The position numbers and the translations under genes were made by a program. A model generated the notes under the pieces. The model was not told where the DNA came from. It ran no database searches and saw only the letters and a program-made list of their open reading frames with translations. From contig NC_092671.1 in assembly GCF_964355755.1 (NCBI RefSeq), positions 25,122,070 through 25,186,069 on the forward strand: a stretch of DNA of 64,000 nucleotides, in the 5' to 3' direction. The first letter of the stretch is position 1, and each line of letters opens with the position of its first letter. This DNA comes from Antedon mediterranea. Its lineage: Eukaryota; Animalia; Echinodermata. This document shows, in pieces, positions 48,710-63,025 of the stretch.

Positions 48710-50015
48710 CTATTATTATGAACAAAAATAAGCACATTAAATGATTAGACATTTGATGTTACATGCGTCTTATCTTTTCGTGTGCATTGTGACGGAAAGT
48801 GAAGTAGATGAACATTACTGAAAAAAGTACAAAAGTGTAATGCAGTATTGTAATGGTAAAGTAGCTTTGCGTCAGAGTATTGAGTAATTGGTCAGATATT
48901 TTGCTGTAAATTGAGAATAGTTGCAAAAAAAATACGCAAGTAATTCTCGGGTGGGCTCGAACCCAAGACCTTCATAGTCCAGGAGTATTAGACTTTGAGG
49001 TAGAAATAAATATGCTAAAGCTGAATTTTTCAGGATAGGTCCCTAATGTTGTCTGAAACAACATCAGAAAGCTACTCCACAGTAGTTATTAACATTTACA
49101 ATCCTGTTGGTGCAGTAGGCCTACCCGCTGCTTAAGTGTGGTTCCCACTAGAACGCAACGCAGCGACGTATCGACGCAAAGTGCTGTATTGCGTAATCAC
49201 AAGTGGGAACCGACGACGCAATAGTGCTGCAAACATCGCAGGATTGATTTCACCCAGGCGGAGGGAAACACAATCATTAGAAGTGCATTTGCTTACGTTG
49301 CGTAGATTGCGTTACGTTGCGTCGCTAGTGGGAACCTCGAATCTAACCCCTAGCCATCACCTAATAATTGTGTTTGTTCCCACTACCAACGCAACGTAAG
49401 ACAACCTACGCAATGGAAGAAAATGCCCTTCAAATAATTTTGATTTCCCCCGCCAGCCTGAAATTTGTAGCACTGTTACGTCGTTGCGTTGCGTTCAAGT
49501 GGGAACCACGCTTTAGGCTATTCACAAGCGATTGATTTATTGAACTGTCACATCTCATTGTCAATTCACTTTTTGCGTCTACGTCTTTGCGTTGCTTCTC
49601 TAGCAGGAACCAAGTTAATTGTGTTTTCCCCTGCATCTACATACGTGAAATCAAAACTGCTTGGTTTGCTCGTCAACGTTAGTTGCCATAGACTCTGACC
49701 TAGTTCATCCTCCTCATACATTCCTTGTTCTTTCCTTGCGTTTTTGCGTGAAAAAAAAACTGCCCGAATGTTTGCAGCACTCTTCTTGCGTTGTTGGTTC
49801 CCACTTGTGTTACGCAATATTGCACTTTGCATCAATACGTTGTCTTTTTCTATTTTTAAGTTGATAAAATTGCGTTTTGACGATTCATTTTTTCCCAACA
49901 AAATCAGGGGGCTCAGGACACCCGTGACCTCTTCACTGGCAGTTCCATCCATCTTGCACTATTGTGAATCATCATCATGTGACCAACAAATCTAGGTAAC
50001 TGTGTGGTAATACAA

Positions 50016-51043
50016 ACTTCTTTCTGTCTGTAATCTGTGTGCAAACCATGACGGCGAAACAACGTTCACTTCTGCACTATCACTTCTTTCTGTCTGTAAT
50101 CTGTGTGCAAACCATGACGGCGAAACAACGTTCACTTCTGCACTATCACTTCTTTCTGTCTGTAATCTGTGTGCAAACCATGATGGCGAAACAACGTTCA
50201 CTTCTGCACTATCACTTCTTTCTGTCTGTAATCTGTGGGCAAACCATGATGGCGGAACGTTCACTTCTGTACTATCACTTCTTTCTGTCTGTAATCTGTG
50301 TACAAACCATGATGGCGAAACAATGTTCACTTCTGCACTATCACTTCTTTCTGTCTGTAATCTGTGTGCAAACCATGATGGCGGAACGTTCACTTCTGCA
50401 CTATCACTTCTTTCTGTCTGTAATCTGTGTGCAAACCATGATGGCGGAACGTTCACTTCTGCACTATCACTTCTTTCTGTCTGTAATCTGTGGGCAAACC
50501 ATGATAACGAAACAATGTTCACTTCTGCACTATCACTTCTTTCTGTCTGTAATCTGTGTGCAAACCATGATGGCGGAACGTTCACTTCTGCACTATCACT
50601 TCTTTCTGTCTGTAATCTGTGTGCAAACCATGATGGCGAAACAGCGTTCACTTCTGCACTATCACTTCTTTCTGTCTGTAAACTGTGTGCAAACCATGAT
50701 GGCGGAATACATTCACTTCTGCACTATCACTTCTTTCTGTCTGTAATCTGTGTGCAAACCATGACGGCGAAACAACGTTCACTTCTGTACTATCACTTCT
50801 TTCTGTCTGTAATCTGTGTGCAAACCATGATGGCGGAATACATTCACTTCTGCACTATCACTTCTTTCTGTCTGTAATCTGTGTGCAAACCATGACGGCG
50901 AAACAACGTTCACTTCTGTACTATCACTTCTTTCTGTCTGTAATCTGTGTGCAAACCATGATGGCGGAACCTTCACTTCTGCACTATCACTTCTTTCTGT
51001 CTGTAATCTGTGTGCAAACCATGATGACGGAACGTTCACTTCT
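50016..51043. repeat. 60/63-bp minisatellite, about 17 copies
   Basis: (ACTTCTTTCTGTCTGTAATCTGTGTGCAAACCATGATGGCG[AAAC/G]AACGTTCACTTCTGCACTATC)n. Confidence 0.95.
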
Positions 51044-52770
51044 ACAGTATATTTAGAGGATCTTGTTATTTTACACTCTCCCATCGGAACTCATTCTAAA
51101 ACCAACCACTTGACGGCTACTGAAACCCCACTGAACGGCACTCCTGGTGAGAACCCTATAGTGTACTATCAATTGGTCAAATTTTAAAAATCGATTGGGC
51201 TAGATGAAATATTAAATTCCGGTTGAAACAAGAGCAGTCATGAACGCAGTTTTACAGAAAATCTTGCTCACAACTTATCGACTTGAAAGCTACTACTGCT
51301 TGTGATCTGTCATCAGACATGTGAACAAGATTTGATTTATGAAATTGTAATTTTTAAATGTAATAAATAAAATGGTCTCATTCAAAAATGTTAACATAAT
51401 ATTGTATACTTTATTATACTCGATTTACTTTATAAATTTCTAATAATTTTATTTTAATGAATTGAGATATTTACATTTCTAATTAAACATTATATCACTT
51501 TTGATTATAATATACACAATAAATAATTACAACAGAACCCCTATAAAGGCACACATTCATGACCCAACAAAGTGTGCCAACACCCCCCGCCTCCCATCCC
51601 TTAATAGGAGTTGGCTACAGTAAGTGATAACAATATAAACTGTTCACTTTGAAGAAAAGTCTCCCCTAGGTTTTATCAAATGAGGAAATCTACTGTACTG
51701 TGTATATCTAACAATATCAATCAATCAATAAACATTATGAACACAAATGATCAACATTTCTTTAAAAAGTAATTGTAATAATAAGTATAATACAGTATGC
51801 ATGCATTAAAAATTATTTTTTTTTAAAATTTGATTGACAGTTATATTTGGCCATTTGACCACCTGATCGCATTGCATTTTGAGTAAACGTTTTTTGTTAA
51901 TGAAAAAACATTTAAACTGATATATTTGTAAGCAAACATTTAGTAGAATAATATTTTTAAAAAAAAATGGTTTATTCGTCCCTACATGCAGTCAAAAACA
52001 GGTCCTGAGATTTGAAACAGGCCTGACTACCAATTGGTTTGGTTTACAAACAAAATGAATATATACAGCAGATTTATAGTTTGAAAGCCTAAATTTCTCG
52101 GTTTGTTAAGTTTTAAAACTGTAATATTCTACCAACAAACAAGTATGTTTTTAGTACAAAGTGCAATCCAAGTGATGTTTAAATAGTCCACAAAGATATT
52201 AAAAAATCAAACCAGATAAATAGTTTTCTTACATAATGAGAAGGTAGCCTATAATGTACATACAGTAAAGGCTTTTGTGCAGACTTCTGTTGTCAGACAA
52301 GAGCACCAACCGAAATTACTAGATGAAGATGATAGTTCAAATAATTGACAAAAGAATGAGTTAGAAAGAAGTTATTTGTTCTTTATATTGTTTCTTGCTT
52401 GTTGGTATAACTGGGCATAACAGTGTTTTCCAAATAGCATGGTAAAATAGCAAAATTGCCATGTATTACATCAGTCTCAGATAGAGCATTACCAACAGGT
52501 TGTCGTCGTTAATAAACACAAGAAAATCTCATACAGAAATCCTTGCCATTGGTGCAATCAAACTGTATTCTGTTAATAATAAACACTAGCTAATGTTGCT
52601 GTTTCAATGCAGTATGGCCGCATATGAAGTTATTATAAGAAACTTGTTATTAATTTTAAATACAGTGTTACTGTTAATAAACACAAGAAACTCTCACTGT
52701 TTTTCTTAGTGAAACCATTTCCACTGGTGCAGCCAAATCAGATTCTATCTAAATCAATGTTTGTATAAAT

Positions 52771-53820
52771 CTACAGCACTTGTTTTAATGGAATAGTCTC
52801 ATTTGGCCCAAGAATGTCTTTTCCAAAATCAGGATCTTGTGAAGACTTAGAATTTGACCTTATGGTGGAATGTCTAATTGTTGTTGTTGTTGTTGTTCGA
52901 AAGCTGGATGCTGGCTCATGTGCAAATCTCGAAAAACATGGCATAAACTTGACGCAACACCACATTTTCAACAAATTCTTTTTAAAATTTTGTCCAATGA
53001 ATGTGTACAACACCGGATTTATTACACTATGAGAGAACAAAATGCCAACAACCACTGCATGAACATCTGGCTGAAGATCTGTAAAAGTTACAGCGATATA
53101 AAATGGTGAAAAGAGTATTACGAATGATAAAACTATAGAAATAGCAAGAATAAGCACACGTTTTGATGATTTCCGCGTTGTGTTGTTTTGTTCAATCTGT
53201 TGTGATGAAGCCATGGCATACACAATCAGAGCATAACAGAGGATAATTGCAATCAACGGTACTGCATAGTTCAAAGAAAACATGTAATACTTATAGTATT
53301 CATCGAACAATCTGATTTGACAATAATTAATGCCTTCCCACTCCAGAATGTGTGTATGTACCCATATTGGTATGGAAACAATTCCTGAAGCTATAAAAGT
53401 TAGAAAACAAACACATTTTGCGGATTTTTTCGTACGGTAAACCTTCGAAGAAATGCAATGCACGATGGCGAAATACCTGTCAAGACTCAAAATAACAATA
53501 ACATAAACAATGTTTAAATTCTTCCACAATTCCAAACCATGATAAACTACACAAAAAGTGTATGAAGGGCTAAAACAATAAAATGTTCTCCAAACGTTGT
53601 TACCAAAATAAAATACACCATTTATACAGTCCAGTACAGCCAGGTTGAAAATGAAAATATTTGGTATATTTTGCAAGTTTTTAAATTTTAAAATCATTAC
53701 AATGATTATTAGGTTGAAGGCTATTGCAATAATAGATGCTGCATATTTAAAAATCAAGAGAGCATCAACCTCAATAGGACCGTCCGTTGAATTCTCAGCA
53801 ATAGTATTATTATCAGCCAT
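52771..53820 (-). CDS. Intronless class A peptide GPCR, somatostatin/opioid/allatostatin-C/MCH-receptor-like, about 349 aa
   Basis: Likely start MADNNTIAENST (N-glycosylation sites); seven hydrophobic segments; NIFIFNLAVLD, LSLDRYFAIVH, FSPFY, INPVLYTFIGQNFKK; Cys in TM3 and ECL2. Confidence 0.9.
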   Translation of the reverse strand: MADNNTIAENSTDGPIEVDALLIFKYAASIIAIAFNLIIIVMILKFKNLQNIPNIFIFNLAVLDCINGVFYFGNNVWRTFYCFSPSYTFCVVYHGLELWKNLNIVYVIVILSLDRYFAIVHCISSKVYRTKKSAKCVCFLTFIASGIVSIPIWVHTHILEWEGINYCQIRLFDEYYKYYMFSLNYAVPLIAIILCYALIVYAMASSQQIEQNNTTRKSSKRVLILAISIVLSFVILFSPFYIAVTFTDLQPDVHAVVVGILFSHSVINPVLYTFIGQNFKKNLLKMWCCVKFMPCFSRFAHEPASSFRTTTTTTIRHSTIRSNSKSSQDPDFGKDILGPNETIPLKQVL

Positions 53821-55691
53821 TTGAATACACTGACACACTAAAACAGAGTATAATTCAATAAACTTCTCAGACTGTCCTCTACAATCAAAGTTATAACTTC
53901 TTCTGATTCTGTTCAGTTTTCCTTGCATTTATATAGTCGTCAATTTAATCTCTTAACCAATGAGAAGCTTCCATTTCTGAACAAATCAAAATGACATCCT
54001 AGGGAAGTTCTCATGTTTTTCTACATAAAATTAAGACTGATCTGTATGCATACAAAGTTCAGATCAGAAACCAACAATTAAACTTGGATAACAATTTAAT
54101 TTAAACCACTTTAATAATGAATCTCTTCCCAATCATAAACAAATTCACTGGGTCATAATCCCAGAGGTTTTTTTAGTTAGGTATAGTACACATTTTCACA
54201 ACTGTATAAAATTGAATTTGATGCGGGTTACAACCTAGCATGATTGCACCAAAAAGCTTTTCAGCATGACTGGGACATTCTTCATGGTTACATTTTATGC
54301 AATTTTATTGTTAGTTATGGAAGATTGTGTTAGAATTAGATAACAATCGTAGCTATATGTAGAGCATTGACACCAATTGGCTTAAAAGTAGATAAAGATG
54401 TTCAGAGTATGGTAAAATTCGGTAGAATTCTCTCAGAATATTACTATTAGACCTACATACATATTGAAAGTTGCTTTTGAATATACCTTTGGAACCCCTT
54501 ATAAATAATTTATATTCCGTTTTTCAATTCTATTATTGTTAAGATAAAGCCATGCCTATTGTGTCGGCTCTTTTGGTGCTCCATAGAAACAAAAACACAT
54601 TCTGGCACTTTAACCTTGAGTATGCAAAACAGTGTGATAAAAACGTTCAAGCAATGTTAAGGATTTATATTACTTTTTATATGATTGTCCGTTTGAGGCC
54701 TAATTCTATGGTGTGCTATCCATGATAAAGTTAGTTAACACAAAATGACGCTATCTATTGATTGCCAATTTGAATTGCAAGATGGTTGTAGTATTTCCCA
54801 AAGGGCATAATAACGTATTGCGTTTAAGTCTTATGTTATATATTATATTTTTAACATCTATATCATCTCCATAATTTTGAAGTTAAATGCATTAGTTAAT
54901 TATTATGGATAAAGAATTATTATTTCTATAATGTTGAACAATCTATTATGTAAACGATGGTTTATGAAAAAGAAACAAACCATGAACGCAGCAGTTATAT
55001 TTACAAGATACTAATATTCATGTCGGAACATGAGAGATTTTTTAAAATGAAATTTCCTGCAGAAGATAATGCATTATTGTATTCCTTAAATTTAAATTTA
55101 AATACATTAGTAATTAAAGAATGAGAATTATTTCAATGGTTCTTAAAAGTGCATATGGGTCTAAAAACGTATTGTAATCGGTATACAATGTAAATCATTG
55201 TATAATATTAATTATAATAATTTTGTTGTTTTTAACAATAATTGTATTGTTATTGGAATGGTAACCATCTGGTAACAGTACACTCAAGGAAGTAAAGAAC
55301 TTCTTGAGCTACATCTTTAATATCAATATTAAAAGTTCATTACGTCAGTTTATTTCCTTATAAATTGTTCAGTTTCAATATTGAATATTATTGATTAAAG
55401 CATAGGTAGATACATGGAGGACCCACCTCGGGCCCCTTATTTCTCATCCTAGTTTGTGGTACACCATCATCCTTAAAAGAGAAGTAAGCTGAGAATATCT
55501 CGAATACCATCCAAAACATTGATACATTCTTCCTTTTAAGAAATTAGGCTACATGGTGTATTGGAAACTATTTTTTTACTAATATTTAAAATGAAACAGA
55601 AGAATATAATACTACATTGCAGAACAGTCCAAATACAGATGTGTATCGCATCATCTAATTCATAAATAATAGACAATAATAATTCAGTTTA

Positions 55692-57134
55692 CTAGATGGT
55701 ACGCTCGCTTCGCTCGCGTACCATCTAGGTCGTGCCCACAGATGGTTCTCGAATACATAATAATTTCAGCGTTAAAAAACTGGCGATTTCAAATGTACGT
55801 ACAATAATACATGTCGTTTACAGGAACGAAAATAGACACTGATTTATGTACTCAAACTAAAATTAGCACCCTCAGAATTACTTCCGAAAGAGAAACTTGT
55901 CACAAAATGAGACCAATTGTTTAAGTCAAATTTAAACAAACTTAATTTGTGTTTTGTATGTAACATTAGGGGTGAGGGATGGGGAAGAAGAGGATGGGTG
56001 CAAAGAGGAACAATTTTTAAATATATTAAATATATTCTTTATCCATTTAGTAACGAAATATTAATTGTTTTCATGTTTTACAAATAATATATCACTAAAC
56101 ACAGTAAAACATTGCTATGTAATACTTTGTTGAAACTATCACCGTCCTAGTCGATTGAAATAGTATAGTACATGTAACGATACATCACTACGACGTGTAT
56201 GTTTATATAATGTAAAACAATTTGTGAAAACCACCTCTATTCGGGGAAAATCATAAAATCGATTTAATCGTCAATAAAAATTAAATTATCTAACTCAACT
56301 TTATTAGTAGGCCTAATGGTTTTCAATTGTTTCTTAGAGCCAATTCATACTTAAGTTGGTTCCTACCCTACCCACCAAAGTTGTTCTGCGTTTAGGGGAT
56401 TTGATGCACCGTAGGCCTATCCTCTACTGGCTTTACAACGCTACTCATGCCAGTGAGGGAAGGGTGATGATGTGGGTGGTTTAAATGCAATAATAAAGAT
56501 TTGTACATAATATACGGCGACTGAAAACGCTAGCTCATTATCAGTTAAAAAAATTATATCCAACCTCTGCAGCACAGATTGAAAAAAAAAATGGATCGAA
56601 TTTCTGTTATGAGTATATACAGTGCTTGCCTTTACGACGCCTGAGGGAATAGACACTTGTGGAACAGAGATTGGAATGTTCCATTCATCGCAAATCAATA
56701 CATTTGTATAAACGTATATTAAATCTATCAAAATAGTATTTAAAAAAAAAATCGGCCTGTCTTCAACATTATGATGCTGTACTCGAGCTGTTCAACCGGT
56801 TTTCAGCCATTAAAAACAATTATCGTAGGAGGAGATAGGAAAATGCGAAGCATCCTCGTATTATTGTCTGCGGGTATTTTTCAAGACGGACATCCATTAG
56901 ACAGTGTATACCACGATCGAAAAACACCCCTATTTGGGGCAAATCGTTGAACCTAAATTCGTTTTAATCGTCAATAACTAATTATCGAACTCAATTTAAT
57001 TAGTAAACAGGGTTACATCTGGTGGTTAAAATCAGTACCGAAAGTACGAACCAACTTTATATACCATCGAGTAAACATTCTAGAAATAACGCGCGATTTA
57101 CCGAATTTTGCCCTTACGTAAATTTATATATAGA
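55692..57134 (-). mobile_element. Non-autonomous Helitron, 1,443 bp
   Basis: Minus strand A|TCTATATATAAA...GGTACGCGAGCGAAGCGAGCGTACC-ATCTAG|T: 5' TC, 3' hairpin plus CTAG, A/T target, no TSD; empty site present at about 45445. Confidence 0.9.
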
Positions 57135-58417
57135 TAAGGTGCACTATGCTAAAAGCAAATGAGCTTATCATTGAAAAGGAAAATGGCAGAGAAAAATATG
57201 GAGTTAAAAGGGTGAATTTTTAAACTTGCATTAAAATTATCAATTGAAGTTTCCTGTCAAATAGAGATAGGTAAACAATTCCAAGGGAAGAAATGGGCCC
57301 AAGAAAAAAATGAAAACCATAATGCATAGCGATGCTTTGTTGAAAGTATAATTTCTTAACCTTAAGTATGTTAAGAATTTTGCAACTTAAAGTATGTAGC
57401 GATATGTTCAGGTATTTTACATGTAACAATTTCTACATTATTTTAATACAAAATGTAAATAAACATTGTAAAAATATTTATTATGTCCAACCAAGTTTAC
57501 TGTGTAAATCATGCTGTTTACATATTATTCTATCGTAAGCCTATCGTAGACCAGCACAGACAATGATAAATAAAAATAACAAAATAATCACCGAAAACTT
57601 AATTTAGCAAAAAAATGCCTACATAGGAGTAACATTTACTTATTGTTTCTTTGATAAGAATACAGTCTGTAAAATCAAAACACTGCAATTCATTTCAATG
57701 TGAAAACAAAATACTAATATTTAATATCTGATAAATGTTGTTGTTGGGATTAACAGTACAGTATATACATTTCGGTACCAACGTTAAACCATAAGTAATA
57801 ATTAATTATTACTCTATGGTTAAAAAAAAACAATATAAATATAAACAGTTCTATTATACAGTTAAATATTACTACTCTTACTATACTATTTATTGCGCCA
57901 TCAAATTTGCTCGATTTACAAAAAAAACCGCATGTCAAGGTTTGAAAATCTGTAAAGAAATATGATAAAATGTGTCCCGAATAACCTGGAGCCTACTTCA
58001 ACGAAGGACTTGCAACTGGATGATAACACTGGTGGCTTGAACCCAACATCTTAATTATTGTCTAAGTATCATGGAAAATTTCAAAATGCAATGTGACGAT
58101 GTTTTTTACCCGAAGTTGTATATGTAACGGAAAATATTAATTCTGAAAAACGACACTTAAAAGATACAGTACAGGTGATTATAGCATTCGTATATCAACT
58201 TATGGATCAATCAATCATTGCCTATCAATAGTAGCACAGTGATTTGCGATAAAAAAAAATTACACTATAGCTCTGCTATACAATTAAGTAAATATTACAA
58301 TTTCTAATACGCTAATGAACTAAAATTGTCTTGCGGTAGTGCATGAGTCATCTAGCCTAGTGTGTTGTAATCTCTATGAGTTAACACATTTTGCCACCCA
58401 TGTCACCCTGATTCGTG

Positions 58418-59785
58418 TCAATTACGTAAGTCTGGAATTTGAACATTAAACAGAATGTTTCCTGTAGTATTTGTAGGTTCTTTCTGGCTGGTTTTCGGAT
58501 ATGTTGGCATTCGTACAGCAGCGACGCTTTTTCTTCTAGTTTTCTCATCCTCATCTGCAGATTCGTCCAGAAGTGATTGTCGTCTGATGAATAATCCACT
58601 GCTCTTTCTGCGTGTTCTTGATGATGTTTGTTGGACGGGTAACGACGTTCGTGGTTGGGTTGGTGACGACATTTGTGGAGGACGAGGCGTCAATGGTGGA
58701 CGCGCTAATGACGAGATGTTGGGAGGGTTTGGTGTGGATGTACTGTGTCGCCGCCTGTGGACTTTTGATAAACTAGGAGAAGCAGTCATTGGTCTTGCAT
58801 TAGGTAATCCTTTTTGAGTGACAATGTCCCGAGGTGTCATGGGTCGAGAATTGTAGTCTGATTCTAATGACGTTTGTTTTCGTAAATTGCTCATGCTGTC
58901 TTTTCTCTGTGACGCTTCTTCCACTAGTTCCTGGTCGTGATGAAGGATTGGATTCAGGTGACAATTCTTCATCATAAAATAATTCTTCATCTTCACCGTC
59001 ACTCGAATAATACCCATTTCTTGATGATATTGGCATGTCCATAGAGGAACTTTGCGTTGTCATAGAAGTTCTGGAAAAAGACCTTTTTGAAACTGGGCTT
59101 GGTATTTTTGCAAAGTCAATCCGTGGCTTGTGTTCGTTCGACAGTTTAGTTGTGCTCCCTCCATTAAGTAACCCGTAAACGCGTTCAAGTTCATTTGTGA
59201 GTTTCATAATGACACAAAGGTCTTTACAGTGTTGCGCTTGTAACTGTTGTTCAAAGTATGTAATCTCCTCCTGCAGTTTATCCTCGTAGTATTGAACAAG
59301 TTTCTTTTTCATACGCACCATTTTGGACTTGAGCATCTTAGTGTCAACTGTGTCCTTTTCCTAAAAATAAACAAATGACATGACACTATCGGAAGGTTAG
59401 TTCAGAAGAATTTTTTGGCAGTTCACCAGATTCTCAGTGCTGTATCTAAACTTCTCCAGTATTATAAGATTATTTGGTTATATAACATCACATGTGTTTC
59501 ACATGTATCTCATATACTACCATAAACCTATCCTTACATGATGCAGGAGAACCACCTGATAGGCCGTATTACCACATATATGTCAAGAAATACAACACAG
59601 AGAATCGTGTGATAGTACACGATGAACAGATTCGACAGGTTTGTTGTTATTTTTACGTTGTCTGTTTAAAATTGAATTGAAAGTATTGATATCTAATGCT
59701 GTACCTTCTTTGAGCGATTCTTTAACACTTCCATACAACCAGTATGACGCTGCTCGATAGCGTATTCTATCGGTGTTTTACCAAC
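58418..59785 (-). pseudogene. Partial duplicate of the ankyrin/coiled-coil gene (copy B): last two exons only, long Ser/Pro/Arg tail, frameshift near 58905
   Basis: Exons 59785-59705 and 59360-58418; ORFs 58800-59336 and 58418-59017 overlap in different frames; the upstream ankyrin exon is absent from the duplicated unit. Confidence 0.7.
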
Positions 59786-61582
59786 CTATAATTAAAAAAC
59801 ATATATAGATCATACTTACTTAATACAAGAAAGAATTTGCCGCTGTTTTAGGGAATAATACATTTTAAAGGTGAAAATGCATTCAACTCAACAACAACTA
59901 ATTAGACTATACAAAATTGTGGAAAATGTTGTCGCTCTCAAATACTACTCTTTGAGTAGAGGGTTCATATTTAGATGTTTGCTCTGGTAATAAAGGACGA
60001 TGGAATTCTGCTTGTTTGGTTAGTACTGTAAGTGGCTTCAGGTGAATGATGGAAATATACCTCATTAGAGGTGACCCTTGCTAGAAGATGGTGAAGATGA
60101 CAAAGGCAAAGGCGACGACGATGAGGATACACGTTATGATAGGGCTAAAGTAAAAACAATTGATAATTTCCTGACTCTTAGCGTCCGGATCACAACCAAG
60201 TTTATTAAAAGTTTGACAACCTCTTCTTGTCTAGTCCACGATGCTATATGTAGAGCATTGACACCAATTGGCTTAAAAGTAGATTAAGATGTTCAGAGTA
60301 TGGTAAAATTCGGTAGAATTCTCTCAGAATATTACTATTAGACCTACATACATATTGAAAGTTGCTTTTGAATATACCTTTGGAACCCCTTATAAATAAT
60401 TTATATTCCGTTTTTCAATTCTATTATTGTTAAGATAAAGCCATGCCTATTGTGTCGGCTCTTTTGGTGCTCCATAGAAACAAAAACACATTCTGGCACT
60501 TTAACCTTGAGTATGCAAAACAGTGTGATAAAAACGTTCAAGCAATGTTAAGGATTTATATTACTTTTTATATGATTGTCCGTTTGAGGCCTAATTCTAT
60601 GGTGTGCTATCCATGATAAAGTTAGTTAACACAAAATGACGCTATCTATTGATTGCCAATTTGAATTGCAAGATGGTTGTAGTATTTCCCAAAGGGCATA
60701 ATAACGTATTGCGTTTAAGTCTTATGTTATATATTATATTTTTAACATCTATATCATCTCCATAATTTTGAAGTTAAATGCATTAGTTAATTATTATGGA
60801 TAAAGAATTATTATTTCTATAATGTTGAACAATCTATTATGTAAACGATGGTTTATGAAAAAGAAACAAACCATGAACGCAGCAGTTATATTTACAAGAT
60901 ACTAATATTCATGTCGGAACATGAGAGATTTTTTAAAATGAAATTTCCTGCAGAAGATAATGCATTATTGTATTCCTTAAATTTAAATTTAAATACATTA
61001 GTAATTAAAGAATGAGAATTATTTCAATGGTTCTTAAAAGTGCATATGGGTCTAAAAACGTATTGTAATCGGTATACAATGTAAATCATTGTATAATATT
61101 AATTATAATAATTTTGTTGTTTTTAACAATAATTGTATTGTTATTGGAATGGTAACCATCTGGTAACAGTACACTCAAGGAAGTAAAGAACTTCTTGAGC
61201 TACATCTTTAATATCAATATTAAAAGTTCATTACGTCAGTTTATTTCCTTATAAATTGTTCAGTTTCAATATTGAATATTATTGATTAAAGCATAGGTAG
61301 ATACATGGAGGACCCACCTCGGGCCCCTTATTTCTCATCCTAGTTTGTGGTACACCATCATCCTTAAAAGAGAAGTAAGCTGAGAATATCTCGAATACCA
61401 TCCAAAACATTGATACATTCTTCCTTTTAAGAAATTAGGCTACATGGTGTATTGGAAACTATTTTTTTACTAATATTTAAAATGAAACAGAAGAATATAA
61501 TACTACATTGCAGAACAGTCCAAATACAGATGTGTATCGCATCATCTAATTCATAAATAATAGACAATAATAATTCAGTTTA

Positions 61583-63025
61583 CTAGATGGTACGCTCGCT
61601 TCGCTCGCGTACCATCTAGGTCGTGCCCACAGATGGTTCTCGAATACATAATAATTTCAGCGTTAAAAAACTGGCGATTTCAAATGTACGTACAATAATA
61701 CATGTCGTTTACAGGAACGAAAATAGACACTGATTTATGTACTCAAACTAAAATTAGCACCCTCAGAATTACTTCCGAAAGAGAAACTTGTCACAAAATG
61801 AGACCAATTGTTTAAGTCAAATTTAAACAAACTTAATTTGTGTTTTGTATGTAACATTAGGGGTGAGGGATGGGGAAGAAGAGGATGGGTGCAAAGAGGA
61901 ACAATTTTTAAATATATTAAATATATTCTTTATCCATTTAGTAACGAAATATTAATTGTTTTCATGTTTTACAAATAATATATCACTAAACACAGTAAAA
62001 CATTGCTATGTAATACTTTGTTGAAACTATCACCGTCCTAGTCGATTGAAATAGTATAGTACATGTAACGATACATCACTACGACGTGTATGTTTATATA
62101 ATGTAAAACAATTTGTGAAAACCACCTCTATTCGGGGAAAATCATAAAATCGATTTAATCGTCAATAAAAATTAAATTATCTAACTCAACTTTATTAGTA
62201 GGCCTAATGGTTTTCAATTGTTTCTTAGAGCCAATTCATACTTAAGTTGGTTCCTACCCTACCCACCAAAGTTGTTCTGCGTTTAGGGGATTTGATGCAC
62301 CGTAGGCCTATCCTCTACTGGCTTTACAACGCTACTCATGCCAGTGAGGGAAGGGTGATGATGTGGGTGGTTTAAATGCAATAATAAAGATTTGTACATA
62401 ATATACGGCGACTGAAAACGCTAGCTCATTATCAGTTAAAAAAATTATATCCAACCTCTGCAGCACAGATTGAAAAAAAAAATGGATCGAATTTCTGTTA
62501 TGAGTATATACAGTGCTTGCCTTTACGACGCCTGAGGGAATAGACACTTGTGGAACAGAGATTGGAATGTTCCATTCATCGCAAATCAATACATTTGTAT
62601 AAACGTATATTAAATCTATCAAAATAGTATTTAAAAAAAAAATCGGCCTGTCTTCAACATTATGATGCTGTACTCGAGCTGTTCAACCGGTTTTCAGCCA
62701 TTAAAAACAATTATCGTAGGAGGAGATAGGAAAATGCGAAGCATCCTCGTATTATTGTCTGCGGGTATTTTTCAAGACGGACATCCATTAGACAGTGTAT
62801 ACCACGATCGAAAAACACCCCTATTTGGGGCAAATCGTTGAACCTAAATTCGTTTTAATCGTCAATAACTAATTATCGAACTCAATTTAATTAGTAAACA
62901 GGGTTACATCTGGTGGTTAAAATCAGTACCGAAAGTACGAACCAACTTTATATACCATCGAGTAAACATTCTAGAAATAACGCGCGATTTACCGAATTTT
63001 GCCCTTACGTAAATTTATATATAGA
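61583..63025 (-). mobile_element. Non-autonomous Helitron, duplicated with unit C
   Basis: Same termini and position as 55692-57134 shifted by 5891. Confidence 0.9.

Noticed and set aside
49566-49952. 128-aa minus-strand ORF as the first exon of the ankyrin gene
   Set aside because: Partly made of MITE sequence, and I could not find a phase-compatible donor; left unresolved.
49992-51084. Repetitive 184-235-aa ORFs on both strands
   Set aside because: Translation of a 60/63-bp minisatellite; no splice or homology support.
53821-53928. N-terminal extension of the GPCR ORF
   Set aside because: The downstream CAA-ATG-G with N-glycosylation sites is a more typical start; the extension is unsupported though not excluded.
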